DNA of 64,000 bases from Callorhinchus milii (Eukaryota): contig NW_024704742.1 of NCBI RefSeq assembly GCF_018977255.1, forward strand, positions 13,518,001 through 13,582,000, given 5' to 3'. Positions 12,949-24,344 of the stretch are shown here, in pieces. The notes beneath the pieces were generated by a model, which saw only the letters and a list, made by a program, of their open reading frames with translations, was not told where the DNA came from and searched no databases. Numbering within the stretch: the first letter of the stretch is position 1; every line of letters starts with the position of its first letter. The translations under genes were made by a program, and so were the position numbers.

Positions 12949-14834
12949 TGAGCTCTGAGTGCCTTCTCATAATGGGCGATTTCAACCTCCACCTAAACTC
13001 CCCTTGCACCACTTCTGCCGACTTCGCTGCCCTCCTCTCCTCCCTAAACCTTACCCTCCATATAAATTCACCCACCCACAATCGTGGTCATGCACTTGAT
13101 CTCGTCATCACCCACGGCCTTGACATGTCCGACCTCAGCATAGTGGACAAGGCCATTTCGGACCACTTTTTCATCTCCTTCTCCTCTCACATCCCTCTCT
13201 CCTCCACCAAGCCCTCAACCATCCTCTACCGCCCTTGGAAAAGGCTACCCCCGAGACCCTCAAAAAGGCCCTCTCATTATCAAACATCCTATCCCTCTGG
13301 CCTTCCACCCACGGAGATCCTGAAGCAGCCGTCCAGCTGCTCCATGATTGCCTCTCCTCCACCTTCAACTCCCTGATCCCTCTAAAATCCAGGACTATCT
13401 CCAAACCCACCCAATCCCCCTGGTATAACAACTATCTCCGCCGCAAAAAACCCAAACGTGTCTGCTCGAGCGCAGATGGCAGAAAACTGGCCTGACAGTT
13501 CACCACCAACTGTGGCTCGAGCATCTCCACAGCTACCGCCATTCTTTGACACGCGCAAAAATGGCCTTCTACTCCAACATCATCTTGGAGGCTAAACACA
13601 ACCCCAAAATCCTTTTTTCCACCACCCACCATCTCCTCCATGACCCCCCTCAGGCCTCCTCAATGCCAAGTGCAAGGAGGTCATGGACTTCTTTTCATCT
13701 AAAATATTTAACATCCGCCAGACAGCCTCATCCACCACCTTGTCACCCACCACCGTGCCCTCTCTGTCCCCCTCACCTGCCTCATCATCCGCTCCTACCA
13801 CCACTCCCATTCTACATTCCTACCTCCCCATCTCTAACCTCTTCTCTCTCACCCACCATCACTTCCATGAAACCCACCACCTGCTGCCTCGACCCCCTCC
13901 CCACCAACTTATTAGTCACCCAGCTCCCCTTCCTCTGCCCACTACTGGCTGACATCATCAACCAGTCCCTCTCCTCCGGATCAGTCCCTGCCTCCCTCAA
14001 AACTGCTGTCATCACCCCCCTCTTGAAAAAACCCTCCCTATATCCCTCAAACCCCAGCCGTTACTGCCCTATTTCTAATCTGCCCTTCCTCTCAAAAGTT
14101 CTATAATGTATTGTTGCCAATCAACATCGCACACACCTCTCCTCCCACTCCCTCTTCGAACCCCTCCATTCCGGTTGCCTCACCAGCATCGCTTTCTTTC
14201 ACCTCCGACGCATCGCCCGTCTCCTCCAATACCTCTCCCCAAAAGCCGCTGAAACCCTGGTCCATGCCTTTGTCACCTAAGTGACAAAGTTACTACTCTA
14301 ACGCCCTCCTCGTCAGTCTCCTCTCCACTACCATCCATAAAATCCAAATCATTCAAAACTCTGCCGCCTGCATTCTCACCCGCACGAAACTCCGCTTCCC
14401 GATTACTCCAGTCCTTGCCAGACTGCACTGGCTGCCAATCCCAAAGAGGATCGACTTGTATTCAAGTCCCTGCACTCCTCTGCACCCCCCTTACCTCTCT
14501 GACCTCTTCTCTCCTCAAAACAGTACCCGTTGCCTTTGTTCCTCCGGATCTGGCCTGCTCCTTGCCCCCCGAGTCCTCCGCTCCACGCTCGGCGGCTGTG
14601 CCTTCAACCACTATGCCCCAAGGCTCTGGAACTGCCTTCCTCACTCCTTCGTCTCACTCCATTCCTTCCCATTTTCAGGTCTCTGCTGAAGACCTTTCTT
14701 TTCAACCGTGCCTTTGGTCACCTTCCGCGCCCCCTCCCCCTGGCTCGGTCCCAGGATCCGTTACTCTAAAGCCCTCTGAGAAGTTGTCCGGCGTGGAGGG
14801 CGCTACATAAATCCAAGTTGTTGTTGTTATTGTT
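12949..14834 (+). mobile_element. L2 LINE with internal RT deletion, inserted into a CR1 3' fragment (12786-12948 and 14835-15080)
   Basis: Endonuclease motifs GDFNLH, PTHNRGHALDLVI and SDHF; RT start CCLDPLPT and PISNLPFLSKVL, then a jump near 14180 to AFFHLRRIARL. (TTG)n tail. GAATC duplicated at 12944-12948 and 14835-14839. Confidence 0.9.
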
Positions 14835-15084
14835 GAATCCAGAACAAAGGGGTATCATCTTAAAATTAGACCTAGGCCATTTAGGAGTGAAATTAGGAGG
14901 CAGTTTTTCACCTAAAGTGAAGTGGAAATCTGGAATTCTCTCCCCCAAAAGGTTGTGGATGCTGGACCCATTCAGATTGTGAATAGATATTTGTTAGGTC
15001 AGGGTTATAAGGGATACAGTGCAAGGGTGGGTAACTGGAATTGAGGTACAGATCATCCCTGATCATATAGAATGGCAGAATAAT

Positions 15085-15527
15085 CATCCCCACCCTCACC
15101 CCCTCTCACCATCATTTCCACCCGCACCCCACCTCACCCTCACCCCTCCTCACCCTCACCCCCACCACCCTTACCCCAACCCTCATCCCCCACCACCCTT
15201 ACCCCAACCCTCATCCCCCTCACCCTCACCCCCACCCTCATCCCCACCTTCACACCTCCTCACCCTCACCCCCACCCTCACCCACACCCTCACCCTCACC
15301 CACACCCTCACCCCCCACCCTCATTCCATCCACACCCTCACCCCCCCACCCGCACTCCACCCACATCCTCACCCCTCCACCTTCACCCCACCCACACCCT
15401 AACCCCACCACCCTCACCTCCCACCCCTCAACCCCACCACCCTCACCCTCTCCCCCCACCCTCACACCCACCCTCACCCCACCCTCACTTACCTCATCCG
15501 CCTATCCCTCCCCCCACCCTCACCCCA
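15085..15527. repeat. C-rich (CACCCT/CACCCC)n low-complexity repeat
   Basis: Directly visible; almost no G on the + strand. Confidence 0.9.
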
Positions 15528-15884
15528 CTGATAACAGTGATGGGTTTCAGTGTGCGTGAGATACCCAGTGACGAAAAACCAAAACTGATGTGTGGTTGAC
15601 GTGTAGTCGCTGTTTGGTTGGTGTGTGGTTAGCGTGTGGTTGTGTGGTCAGCGAGTGATTAACATTTGGTTGGCTTGCAGGTGTCATGTGGTCAGCATCA
15701 GTTGGTGTATGCAGTTGTCAGTTGGTGTATGGCCAGCACATGATTAGCCTGAGGTCAGTGTGTGGTTGATGTGTGATTAGCATGTGGTTGACATGTGGTC
15801 GACATGTGGTCAACCTGTAGTTAGTGTGTAGTTGGCCTGTGTGCCGTATTATGTGGCCTCACAGTCTGTATCAATCTTCTTCAG

Positions 15885-16043
15885 CTCGAAACTGTATCCG
15901 TCTCCAAGTACTGGAACTCGATCACGTGACTGAAATCAACCAGGAAGTGGCCGCTGAAGTTTGCCGCGAGGGACTGAAAGGCCTGGAGATGTTGGTGCTC
16001 ATGTCCTCCCCCATCACCCCCAAAGCTCTGCTCCACTTTAACA
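15885..16043 (+). CDS. FBXO41: FBXO41 coding exon
   Basis: Acceptor tcttcttcag and donor gtgagt; 159 nt, phase 1-1. Translates (A)RNCIRLQVLELDHVTEINQEVAAEVCREGLKGLEMLVLMSSPITPKALLHFN(S). Confidence 0.95.
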
Positions 16044-16199
16044 GTGAGTCGCCATCACATCGGCTGGACACCCGCTCAGTACACAATAATCGCACCAGCC
16101 TTACACAAGTGAAACAAACAGTGTGTGAGAGAGTGTGAGTTTGAGAGAACAAGTGTGGGAGAGCCAGAGCGAGTGGGAGTGTGCGAGTGTGTGTGATTC

Positions 16200-16990
16200 T
16201 ATCCAGGTTTACACTACGCTAGGAGGTGTGCTAAATTGTGAGGATATCAGTGGAAAATTGCAGAGGGACATTGACAGATTACAAGTCTGACAAAAGGAGT
16301 TCAATGTGACAAAATGGGAGGTGGTTCATTTTGGACCTAAGAATGTCAAGTTGGACTACATTCATGATGGAGAAACACTTAGCAGGTTAATGAGCAAAGT
16401 GATCTAGCTGTTCAGGTTCTTAAATCTTTAAAAAGTAGTACACAGGTGCAGAAGGTAATCACAAGGGGATTTGAAATACAAGAGTCAGGAAGTGCTGTTA
16501 CAGTATACAATGCTGGTCAGATACATATGGAGTATTTTGTGCTGACCACATCGAGTCCCTGACCAGGACTTGCCTTCCTCTACCTCCGTCACATTGCCTG
16601 CCTCCGACTGTACCCAACCCCAGACACAGCTGAAAAGTCGTCCATTATCTCGTCATCTCCTGACTGGACTTCTCAAATGCCCTCCTCGCTGTCTCCACAG
16701 CTTTCAGCCCCTATGCCCCGAAACTCTGGAAGACTCTTCCTCTACCCCTCCACCTTCTTGCCTCTTCCTTCCCCATCTTCATATTGCGCCTGAAGACCTT
16801 CCTCTTCGACTGTGCCTATGGTCATCTCATCCCAGCTTGGTGTTGTGCTCCACCACTGTCAAGTGCTCTGGGACACTATCTTACATGAGGTGTGCTGTGT
16901 AAATGCAAGTTGTTGTTGTTTTGGGCACCAACCCTTAGTAAGGATATATTTGCTTGAGAGTGTGTTGATTTATTAGAATGATTCCTGGTG
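16200..16990 (+). mobile_element. Decayed CR1 RT fragment interrupted by an L2 3' fragment (~16545-16920)
   Basis: CR1-like ttgcagagggacattgacagatt and ggagtattttgtgc...ttgggcacc flank L2 sequence that ends gtgctgtgtaaatgcaagttgttgttgtt. Confidence 0.7.
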
Positions 16991-17016
16991 AAGTTTTTTT
17001 TAGTCAGCTGGGAACA

Positions 17017-17520
17017 TGCTTAGAAGTATCCAAATCAAGCTGAGAATTCCATGCATCCCACCTATTCATGAAATTCCAGATAAATTGTTGGCGTGAAATG
17101 CGTACTCTCTCCCTGGAGGGACACATGCTGCTTACCTAATTCCGTAAAGTATTAGGCACGGGTTGGCAAGAGCCATGGCTTGGAGAATCTCAGAGTATGT
17201 GTTGGGGTAACTGCTAGATCTAACCAGCTAAAACTGCATAGGTTGCCATTAAGAGCACTGTCTGACAAGCTTTCCTGCTGCTTATCCAACTTGGACCACC
17301 CTACCCGTTTGCTTTGGCTGTAGGGTTAACAGGAGCTGAGTGGGATGACTCCCTGCCCCCAGTGACTGCTCTGCCCTTCCAGGTCCTGCCAATGATCCAG
17401 GTGCTGTTATCAGCAGTGCCCTGGAATACTGTGGACCCGCCTGGCTCAGGAACCGGACTAGAGACCAGCACAGAGGGCTGGCTCGATTCCGACATTCCGT
17501 TGCCAAACATGTCACCCTGG
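17017..17520. repeat. Unclassified repeat, copy A (copy B at 22491-22745)
   Basis: Shared blocks agtatccaaa.caagctgagaattc.atg.atcccaccta and aggagctgagtggga...actagagacc...cagagggctggctcgattc. Confidence 0.8.
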
Positions 17521-17632
17521 AGCCAGTTCAGCACCAAGGAGATCCTATGCCCTACCCCAAGGAGGACAGTCACTATTTGGTCATTTGACATCCGACAAGG
17601 GTGGGATTGAGGCTCACTGGGGGGATGGCAGG

Positions 17633-19270
17633 TATCATAGGATTATACAGCACAAAGGGAGGCCATTTGGCCCATCTTGCCTTTGCTGGCTCTTTTAAAA
17701 GAGCTATGCAAATCAATCCCACTCCCCCGCGCTCTCCCCATAGCCCTGCAAACTTGTCCTCCGCAATAAATATCCAGTTCTCTCTTAAAAGTTGTTATCG
17801 AATTGGCTTCCACCACCCTTTCAGGCAATGCATTCCAGATCTGAACAACTCGCTGTGTGAAAAAATTTCTTCTCACCTCCCCTCAGTTTGTTTTAACAAC
17901 TATTTTAAATCAGTGCCATTGGGTTACCGATCCACCCTCCAGTGGAAATAGATTCTCCTTGTTCACACTGTCAAATCTCCTCATAATTTTGAAAACTTCT
18001 ATTCAGTCTCCTCTTAAGCTTCTCTGCTCCAAGGAGAATAATCCTAGCTTCTCGAGTCTCTCCTGATAACTGAAGTCCCTCATTCCTGGTACCATCCTGG
18101 TAGATCTCCTTTGCACCCTCTCCAAAGCCTTGACATTCTTCCTAAAGTGTGGTTCCCAGAACTGAACACAGTACTCTAACTGAGGCCTAACCAGTGTTTT
18201 ATAAAGGTCCATCATAACTTCATGACTTGTGTATTCTATGCCCCTAGAGCACTCGCCTCACCAGCAAGAGACCTGGGTTTGATTCCTGGAGGATGAAACG
18301 TTGGCCAAGTTTCCTTATCACAGCTGATGATAATCCCTCAAGAAAAAAAAACAATAATAATTTGGTCACTTCAATCCATGACTGTTTGCGGGACCCCACT
18401 GTGCGCAATTGTTTGCTGCGTTTCCCATAAATATACAGTCAATTCACTTTACAGTATATTCTGTGAGGCGCTTTGAGACATCTAGAAGACGTGAAAAGCC
18501 CTATATCAGATGCAAAAATTATTATTAAACGTCATCTGCCACGTGTCTGCGCATTTTACCAGTCTGCCTGTGTCCATTTGCAATCTGTTACTATCCTCCT
18601 CACTGTTTACTATTTTCCTAGTTTAGTATCATCTGCAAACTTGGAAATTGTATTCCCTGTACCCAAGTCCAGGTCATTTATGTAGATCCAAAACAGCAGT
18701 GGTCCCAATACTGACCCCTGGGGGACACCACTGCACACTTCCCTCCAGTCAGAAAAACAACTGTTCACCACCACTCTCTGCTTTCTGACTTCCAGCCAGT
18801 TCTGTATCCATGCTGCCACTGTCCTTTTAATACCATAGGCTTCTTTTTCCTTACAAGCCTCTGATATGGCACTTTATCAAACTCCTTTTGAAAATCCATA
18901 TAAACTACATCAACTGCACTACCTTCATCCACCCTCTCCATTACTCCGTAACAGGTTTGTTAGACATGATTTGCCTTTTAATAAACCCATGTTGGCTGTC
19001 CTTTATTAACCCATATTTTTCTAAGTGAAAAATTATTTTGTTCTGGATTATAGTCTCTAGAAGTTTCCCTACTACTGATGTTAGGCTGACTGGCCTGTAG
19101 TTCCCAGGTTTATCCTTCTGCCCCTTTTTAGTACAGTCCTCTGGCACCACCCTGGTGTCCAAGGAGGATCGAAAAATTGTGGCCAGAGCCTCCGTTATTT
19201 CCACCCTTACCTCTCTCAGTAACCTAGGATGCATCACGTCCGGACCAGATGACTTATCTACCTTGGTACC
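17633..19270 (-). mobile_element. CR1 LINE 3' half with a + strand SINE inserted at ~18243-18525
   Basis: Minus-strand ORFs carry [47 protein letters not shown] and GPDVMHPRLLRE. Confidence 0.92.
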
Positions 19271-19449
19271 AGGAACTCCCTGTGAGCTTCCTGGTGGCAA
19301 CACAGCTCATCACAAAATGTTTGAGATAATTGCCACTGTCTTCCTGTCCAGAGTTCAGGTGTACATCCTTTCCCACTGCACCAAGGTTCCATAAGTTGGA
19401 GGTGCGGAGTTTGCTTAAAGTATGATAAAAGGATGTAAAAATACAACAC

Positions 19450-20030
19450 TTGGACAGTATTCTCTGGAGTTCAGGAGGCTAAGGGCTGATCTGATCGAAG
19501 TGTATAACATTAGGAAGGGATTTGACAATATGCTGAATAGTTAGTGTTTCCTCTGACAAGAGAATTGAGGACGAGAGGCCATCATCTTAAACTTGAGGCT
19601 AAAGCGTTTAGAAGTGAAATAATAAAGTGATGGGAGTATGGAATTCATTCTCCCAGAGGACAGTACAGGCAAAGTCAACAGAAGAATTTAAAAGGCAAAT
19701 AGATAAATAATTGATGGACAGGGTATTAGCAGATATAGAGAGAGGGCGCTGAGATGGAATTGAGTTGTGGATCAGCTTCGATCTTATAATAATAATAATC
19801 CTTGCATTTGATATAGATTTGATTATCACGTTTTATCACGCTTCACAGTAAAGTGAATTGACTATTTCGTGAGCGAAACATGACAATCAATTGTGTACAG
19901 CAGTGTCCCACAAATAGTCGTGGATTGAGTGACCATATTATTCTTTTTGTTTAGTTTTTTGGGAGGGATTGTTACCCCTGGAAAAGTGATCCTCCGATCA
20001 ACAACTGGTTTCCTACTTACTGCTAGGTAA
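19450..20030. mobile_element. CR1 3' remnant (+, ~19450-19785) abutting a SINE (-, ~19788-20030)
   Basis: CR1-like ttctctggagttcaggaggctaagggctgatctgatcgaagtg, followed by the SINE tail (AAT)n ccttgcatttgatatag. Confidence 0.75.
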
Positions 20031-20083
20031 CCATGTTTCTATGTGAGAGAGAGTGTGACAATAATTCAGTGTCTCTTTGCTAG

Positions 20084-20199
20084 GTGTTTGCCGTGATCTG
20101 AAGTCCATCGTGGTTCATATTGCGATCGCCGACTACTTTGAGGAGCCGGATATGCCTGAGGCACGCAAGCTGTTTGAGGAGATGGTGAATAAACTTCAG
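20084..20199 (+). CDS. FBXO41: FBXO41 penultimate coding exon
   Basis: Acceptor ctctttgctag and donor gtaacg; 116 nt, phase 1-0. Translates VCRDLKSIVVHIAIADYFEEPDMPEARKLFEEMVNKLQ. Confidence 0.94.
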
Positions 20200-20379
20200 G
20201 TAACGTGAACAACAACTGGCATTTGTGTAGTGCCCTTCACAGGGCAGCGTTTCAGTTGAACCCCATGGAATCAATCCCCTGACTATTCCCCCACTGTGCG
20301 TGTACTCCCCCTCCCCCCGCCCCATCCCGAGTACATACTCAGCCAATTTACTCGAGCGTATATAGTAATAAATATGCTG

Positions 20380-21215
20380 TATGCAGATAACACCAACTCT
20401 GCCTCCACTCTCGACTCCAGGACCAAGACCACTCTGTCTTGACTGATTGCCTGTCAGATCAAGTCATGAATGAGAGCCAACTTCCTACAGTTGAATGTTA
20501 ACAACGCAGCGCCGCCTCACCTCAGCACTGAAAGCACCAATCCTCCACCTTACGGAGCCAGTGCAGAACCTCTGTTTTGTTCGAATGTCAACTGTCATTT
20601 AAACCCCACATCTGTGCCCTGACTCATTCATGTTTCCCCTACCTCTGCAACATTGCCTGCCTGTGATGCTGCCTCTCCCCTCAGGCCCTTATCCATGCTT
20701 CCATTATGTCTGGGCTTCACTACACCAACTCTCTGCACTCCCCAAACTTCCCTCCACAAGCTGCAGACCATCCAACAATCTGCAGCTCGTGTCCCACACT
20801 GGGCTCCGTGACCCTATCACCCCCATCCTGAGGGGTCCTGTAGCTCAGTGGTTGGAGTGCTCGCCTCGCAAGCGAGAGGACCTGAGTTCAATTCCTGGTA
20901 AGGCGAAATGTTGTGCAAGTTTTGTTACTCCACACCACTCTGTTTACCTAACAGTAAGTAGGAACCTGGTCATTGGTCGATTAGCAGATCGCTTTTCCGG
21001 GGGGTAACAATTTCTTAATGGATTGAGGCAGAGAGTTCCAGAGTCTCGGGGTGCAGTGACTGAAACCACAGCCACCGATGTGGAACAGAGGGAACGAGGG
21101 ATGTGAAGAATATGGTCACTCAATCTATCACTGTTTGTGGGACACTGCAGGGCACAATTGGCTGTCATGTTTCACCCACAAAATATAGTCAATTCACTTT
21201 ACAGTATGCTCTGTG
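20380..21215 (+). mobile_element. Decayed L2 fragment (20380-20830) followed by a long-variant SINE (20831-21215)
   Basis: L2 tatgcagataacacc and gccaacttcctacagttgaatgtt; SINE head ggtcctgtagctcagtggttggagtgctcgc and gagttcaattcc. Confidence 0.78.
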
Positions 21216-21289
21216 AATGTCATTCGAGGGGAGGGAGCAAATAGTGGGGTCAGAAGTAAGTAAGTCGAAGAGGGAGGTACCAAGGAATT

Positions 21290-22440
21290 AAATGATGTGT
21301 ACAGGTGTAAAGATGTTGAAATCGATCCGTCTTGTAATAGGAAACCAGTGGAACCTGACAAAGCCTGGGATGATGGAGGTACAGAGTTAGGTGAGGATAT
21401 GAGTAGTAGTAATTAATTTGATTTTAAGACTGCTGAGAGCTGTGGAGACCAGCGAGGAGGGCTTTTGAATAATCAAGGTGGGTGGTGACCAATGCCTGGA
21501 TAGCGGTTTCGGCACATTGGGTGTGAGGTACGGTGTGAGGTGCGTATGAGGTACAGTGTGACATGGGTGTAAGGTTCAATATGAGGTGGATGAGAGGTGG
21601 GTGTGAGGTACGGTGTGAGGCGGGTGTGAGGTGGGCGTGAATTGCGGTGTGAGGTTCGGTGTGAAGCAGGTGTGAGGGGGGTATGAGTTGGGTGTGAGGT
21701 AAGGTATGAGTTAGGTGGGTGTGAGGTACAGTGTGAGGCGGGTATGAGTTGGGTGTGAAGTAAGGTATGAGTTGGGTGTGAGGTGCGTATGAGGTACGGT
21801 GTGTCGTAGGTGTGAGGTGCATATGAGGTACGGTGTGACATGGGTATGAGGTTCACTATGAGGTGGATGAGAGGTGGGTGTGAGATACGGTGTGAGGCGG
21901 GTGTGAGGTGGGCGTGAATTGCGGTGTGAGGTGGGTGTGAGGTACGGTGTGAGGTGGCTGTGAGGTGGGTGTAAGGTACGGTGTGAGGCGGGTGTAAGAT
22001 GGACGTGAATTGCGGTGTGAGGCGGGTATGAGTTGGGTGTGAGGTGGTACAGTGTGAGGTAGTACAGTGTGAGGTGGGTGTGAAGTGGTACAGTGTGAGG
22101 TGGGTGTGAGGTGAGTGTGAGGTACGGTGTGAAGTGGGTGTGAGGTACGGTGTGAGGTGGGTGTGTAGTACAGTGTGAGGTGGGTTTGAGGTACGGTGTG
22201 AAGTGGGTGTGAGGTGGGTGGAGGAAAGCGATCCTGGTCAGGAACCGGACATGCGGTTGGAAGTACAGCAATGGGTCGAACCTGATGCCAAGGTTACACA
22301 CAGGTTCAGTAAATCAAAAAAATAGGCCGGAGAGTTTAAGGCTGGAGCTGCGAGTCAGAAGACACTGACAGGAGCCATGGAGTATGGCTTCCATCTTGTC
22401 AACATTCAGCTGCAGAAATTTGGCGCTTATTCAGACCTTT
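21290..22440 (-). mobile_element. L2 fragment split by an internal ~700 bp (GGTGTGAGGT..)n minisatellite (21520-22220)
   Basis: Minus-strand ORFs read NLGIRFDPLLYFQPHVRFLTRIAFLH before the repeat and AETAIQALVTTHLDYSKALLAGL after it. Confidence 0.82.
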
Positions 22441-22490
22441 GCTTTTTTGGGGGTCTGTCTTGACACATATTGAAATCCATCACTGTGCCT

Positions 22491-22745
22491 GTGCTTAAGA
22501 GTATCCAAACCAAGCTGAGAATTCTATGAATCCCACCTACACATGGAAATCACAGCTTTGCCTTGCAGGGTCAGGAGCTGAGTGGGAGGATTCCCTACCC
22601 TCAGTGACTGGTCTGTCCTTCCAGGTCCTGCCGATGAGCCAGGCTGGGCTGTGCTGTATTAGCAGCGCCCCGTAGTCTGGCCCAGGAACCAGACTAGAGA
22701 CCGTAACAGAGGGCTGGCTCGATTCTGTCATTTTGTTGCCAACGG
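22491..22745. repeat. Unclassified repeat, copy B (internally deleted relative to copy A)
   Basis: Direct similarity to 17017-17080 and 17330-17510. Confidence 0.8.
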
Positions 22746-23224
22746 GTTAGGGTTAGGTCACCTGTTAGTTCAGCTGTTTGTGGGAAAATTGCTGTGCAGA
22801 ATATAGCGACACTATATTTACTGCGCAACTTTAGATGTTTGTAGATAACCATAAAAATTCAAGTTTGTTTTGTTATTTAAAACTATTAATGCATCGTAAT
22901 AATAATCTTTGCTTAATATAACACCTTATATAACCTTATCACCTTATAACACCTTAATATAACGCCAGGATCCATTACTGTAAAGCATTCTGAGACGCCA
23001 TCCAGCGTGGAGGGCGCTATATAAATCCAAGTTGTTGTTGTTATCACACCTTCGAGATGTCTCAAAGCACAGAATATACTGTAAAGTGAATTGACTATAT
23101 CTTGTAGCCAAAACACGGCAGTCAATTGCGCACAGAAGTGTCCCACAAACAGTCGTGGATTGGGTGACCAGATTATTTTTTTTTAGCTAATTTCATAAAG
23201 ATATTGTTTTGTTTTCATCCTCAG

Positions 23225-23284
23225 GCTCTGAAAAAAAGACCAGGTTTTGCAAAAATTCTTCATATCAAAGCTGAAGGAATGTGA
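23225..23284 (+). CDS. FBXO41: FBXO41 last coding exon, up to the TGA stop
   Basis: Acceptor gttttcatcctcag, phase 0. Translates ALKKRPGFAKILHIKAEGM*, resembling the recalled human C-terminus ALRRRPGFSKILHIKVEGGC. Confidence 0.93.
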   Translation, partial: ALKKRPGFAKILHIKAEGM

Positions 23285-23289
23285 AGTGT

Positions 23290-23640
23290 CCAGTAACCAA
23301 CTGAGACCAGTAACTATTGGTCCAACACCAATAATTAACCAGCGAACACCAGTAACTAACCAGCCAACATAAGTAACTAGCTAACCAACATCAGTAACTA
23401 ACTAATCAATACCAGTAACTAATCAATACCAGTAACTAACCAGCCAACACCAGTAACTAACCAGCCAACACCAGTAAGTATCCAGCCAACACCAGTAACT
23501 AACCAGCCAACACCAGTAACTAACCAGCCAACACCAGTAAGTATCCAGCCAACACAGTAACTAACCAGCCAACACAGTAACTAGCCAGCCAACACAGTAA
23601 CTAACCAGTCAACACAGTAACTAACTGACCAAAACCAGTA
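23290..23640. repeat. ~20-21 bp tandem repeat CCAGTAACTAACCAGCCAACA
   Basis: Directly visible; starts a few bases after the FBXO41 stop codon. Confidence 0.92.
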
Positions 23641-23900
23641 TAGACCACACCCACTCTCTGAATACACCACACCCACACTCCATATAGACCGCACCCACTC
23701 TCCATATAGACCACAGCCACTCTCCATATAGACCACACCCACTCTCCATATAGGCCACACCCACTCCCATATAGACCACACCCACTCTCCATATAGGCTA
23801 CACCCACTCTCCATATAGGCCACACCCACCCACTCTCCATATAGGCCACACCCACCACTCTCCATATAGACCATACCCACTCTTCATGTAGACCACAACC
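23640..23900. repeat. ~22 bp tandem repeat CCATATAGACCACACCCACTCT
   Basis: Directly visible; abuts the previous array. Confidence 0.92.
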
Positions 23901-24344
23901 AGGCTCTACAGGTGGCCTTGCACCCGTTCTGACATTGTCCTCATCCACCAGTCAATGTCCCGAGGTGCTGTACAAGTATTTCCCGACTGGCCAGAAGCAC
24001 AAACATTTTTCCATTTCCACATCTTAAATCTTGTCGTCCTGCCTCCTTGACCACACCAATCATCACAGTGTAATATTTGTCCACACAGTCTGCCCGACAC
24101 AGTCATCAAAGCCAGGGCTCTGGTGGGTTACATTGTCTGAGCGGTGACAGTGCACACGCAATGAAGATTTTTGTTCTAATTTCGATGCCTGGGTGTGCTT
24201 AATCGTCTTAAATTGGTGTCTCTGGTTCTGCTCACAATCGGAGTCAAATCTCCTGCTCACATCTACCTCATTGACGCCTCTCGGCCCTGAGGGTAGGGGC
24301 TCAGGCCGAACCACAGGCTGCACAGAGAGGACTAAGGAGCAGAC

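Noticed and set aside
15019..15402. Poly-proline ORF of 127 aa
   Set aside because: A CR1 tail fused to the (CACCCT)n low-complexity repeat.
22744..22757. GGGTTAGGGTTAGG as an interstitial telomere
   Set aside because: Only about two units, too short to call on its own; noted only as the boundary of repeat copy B.
23290..23900. Regular 21-22 bp repeats as a possible CRISPR array
   Set aside because: Units are head-to-tail with no unique spacers, there are no cas genes, and the context is eukaryotic.
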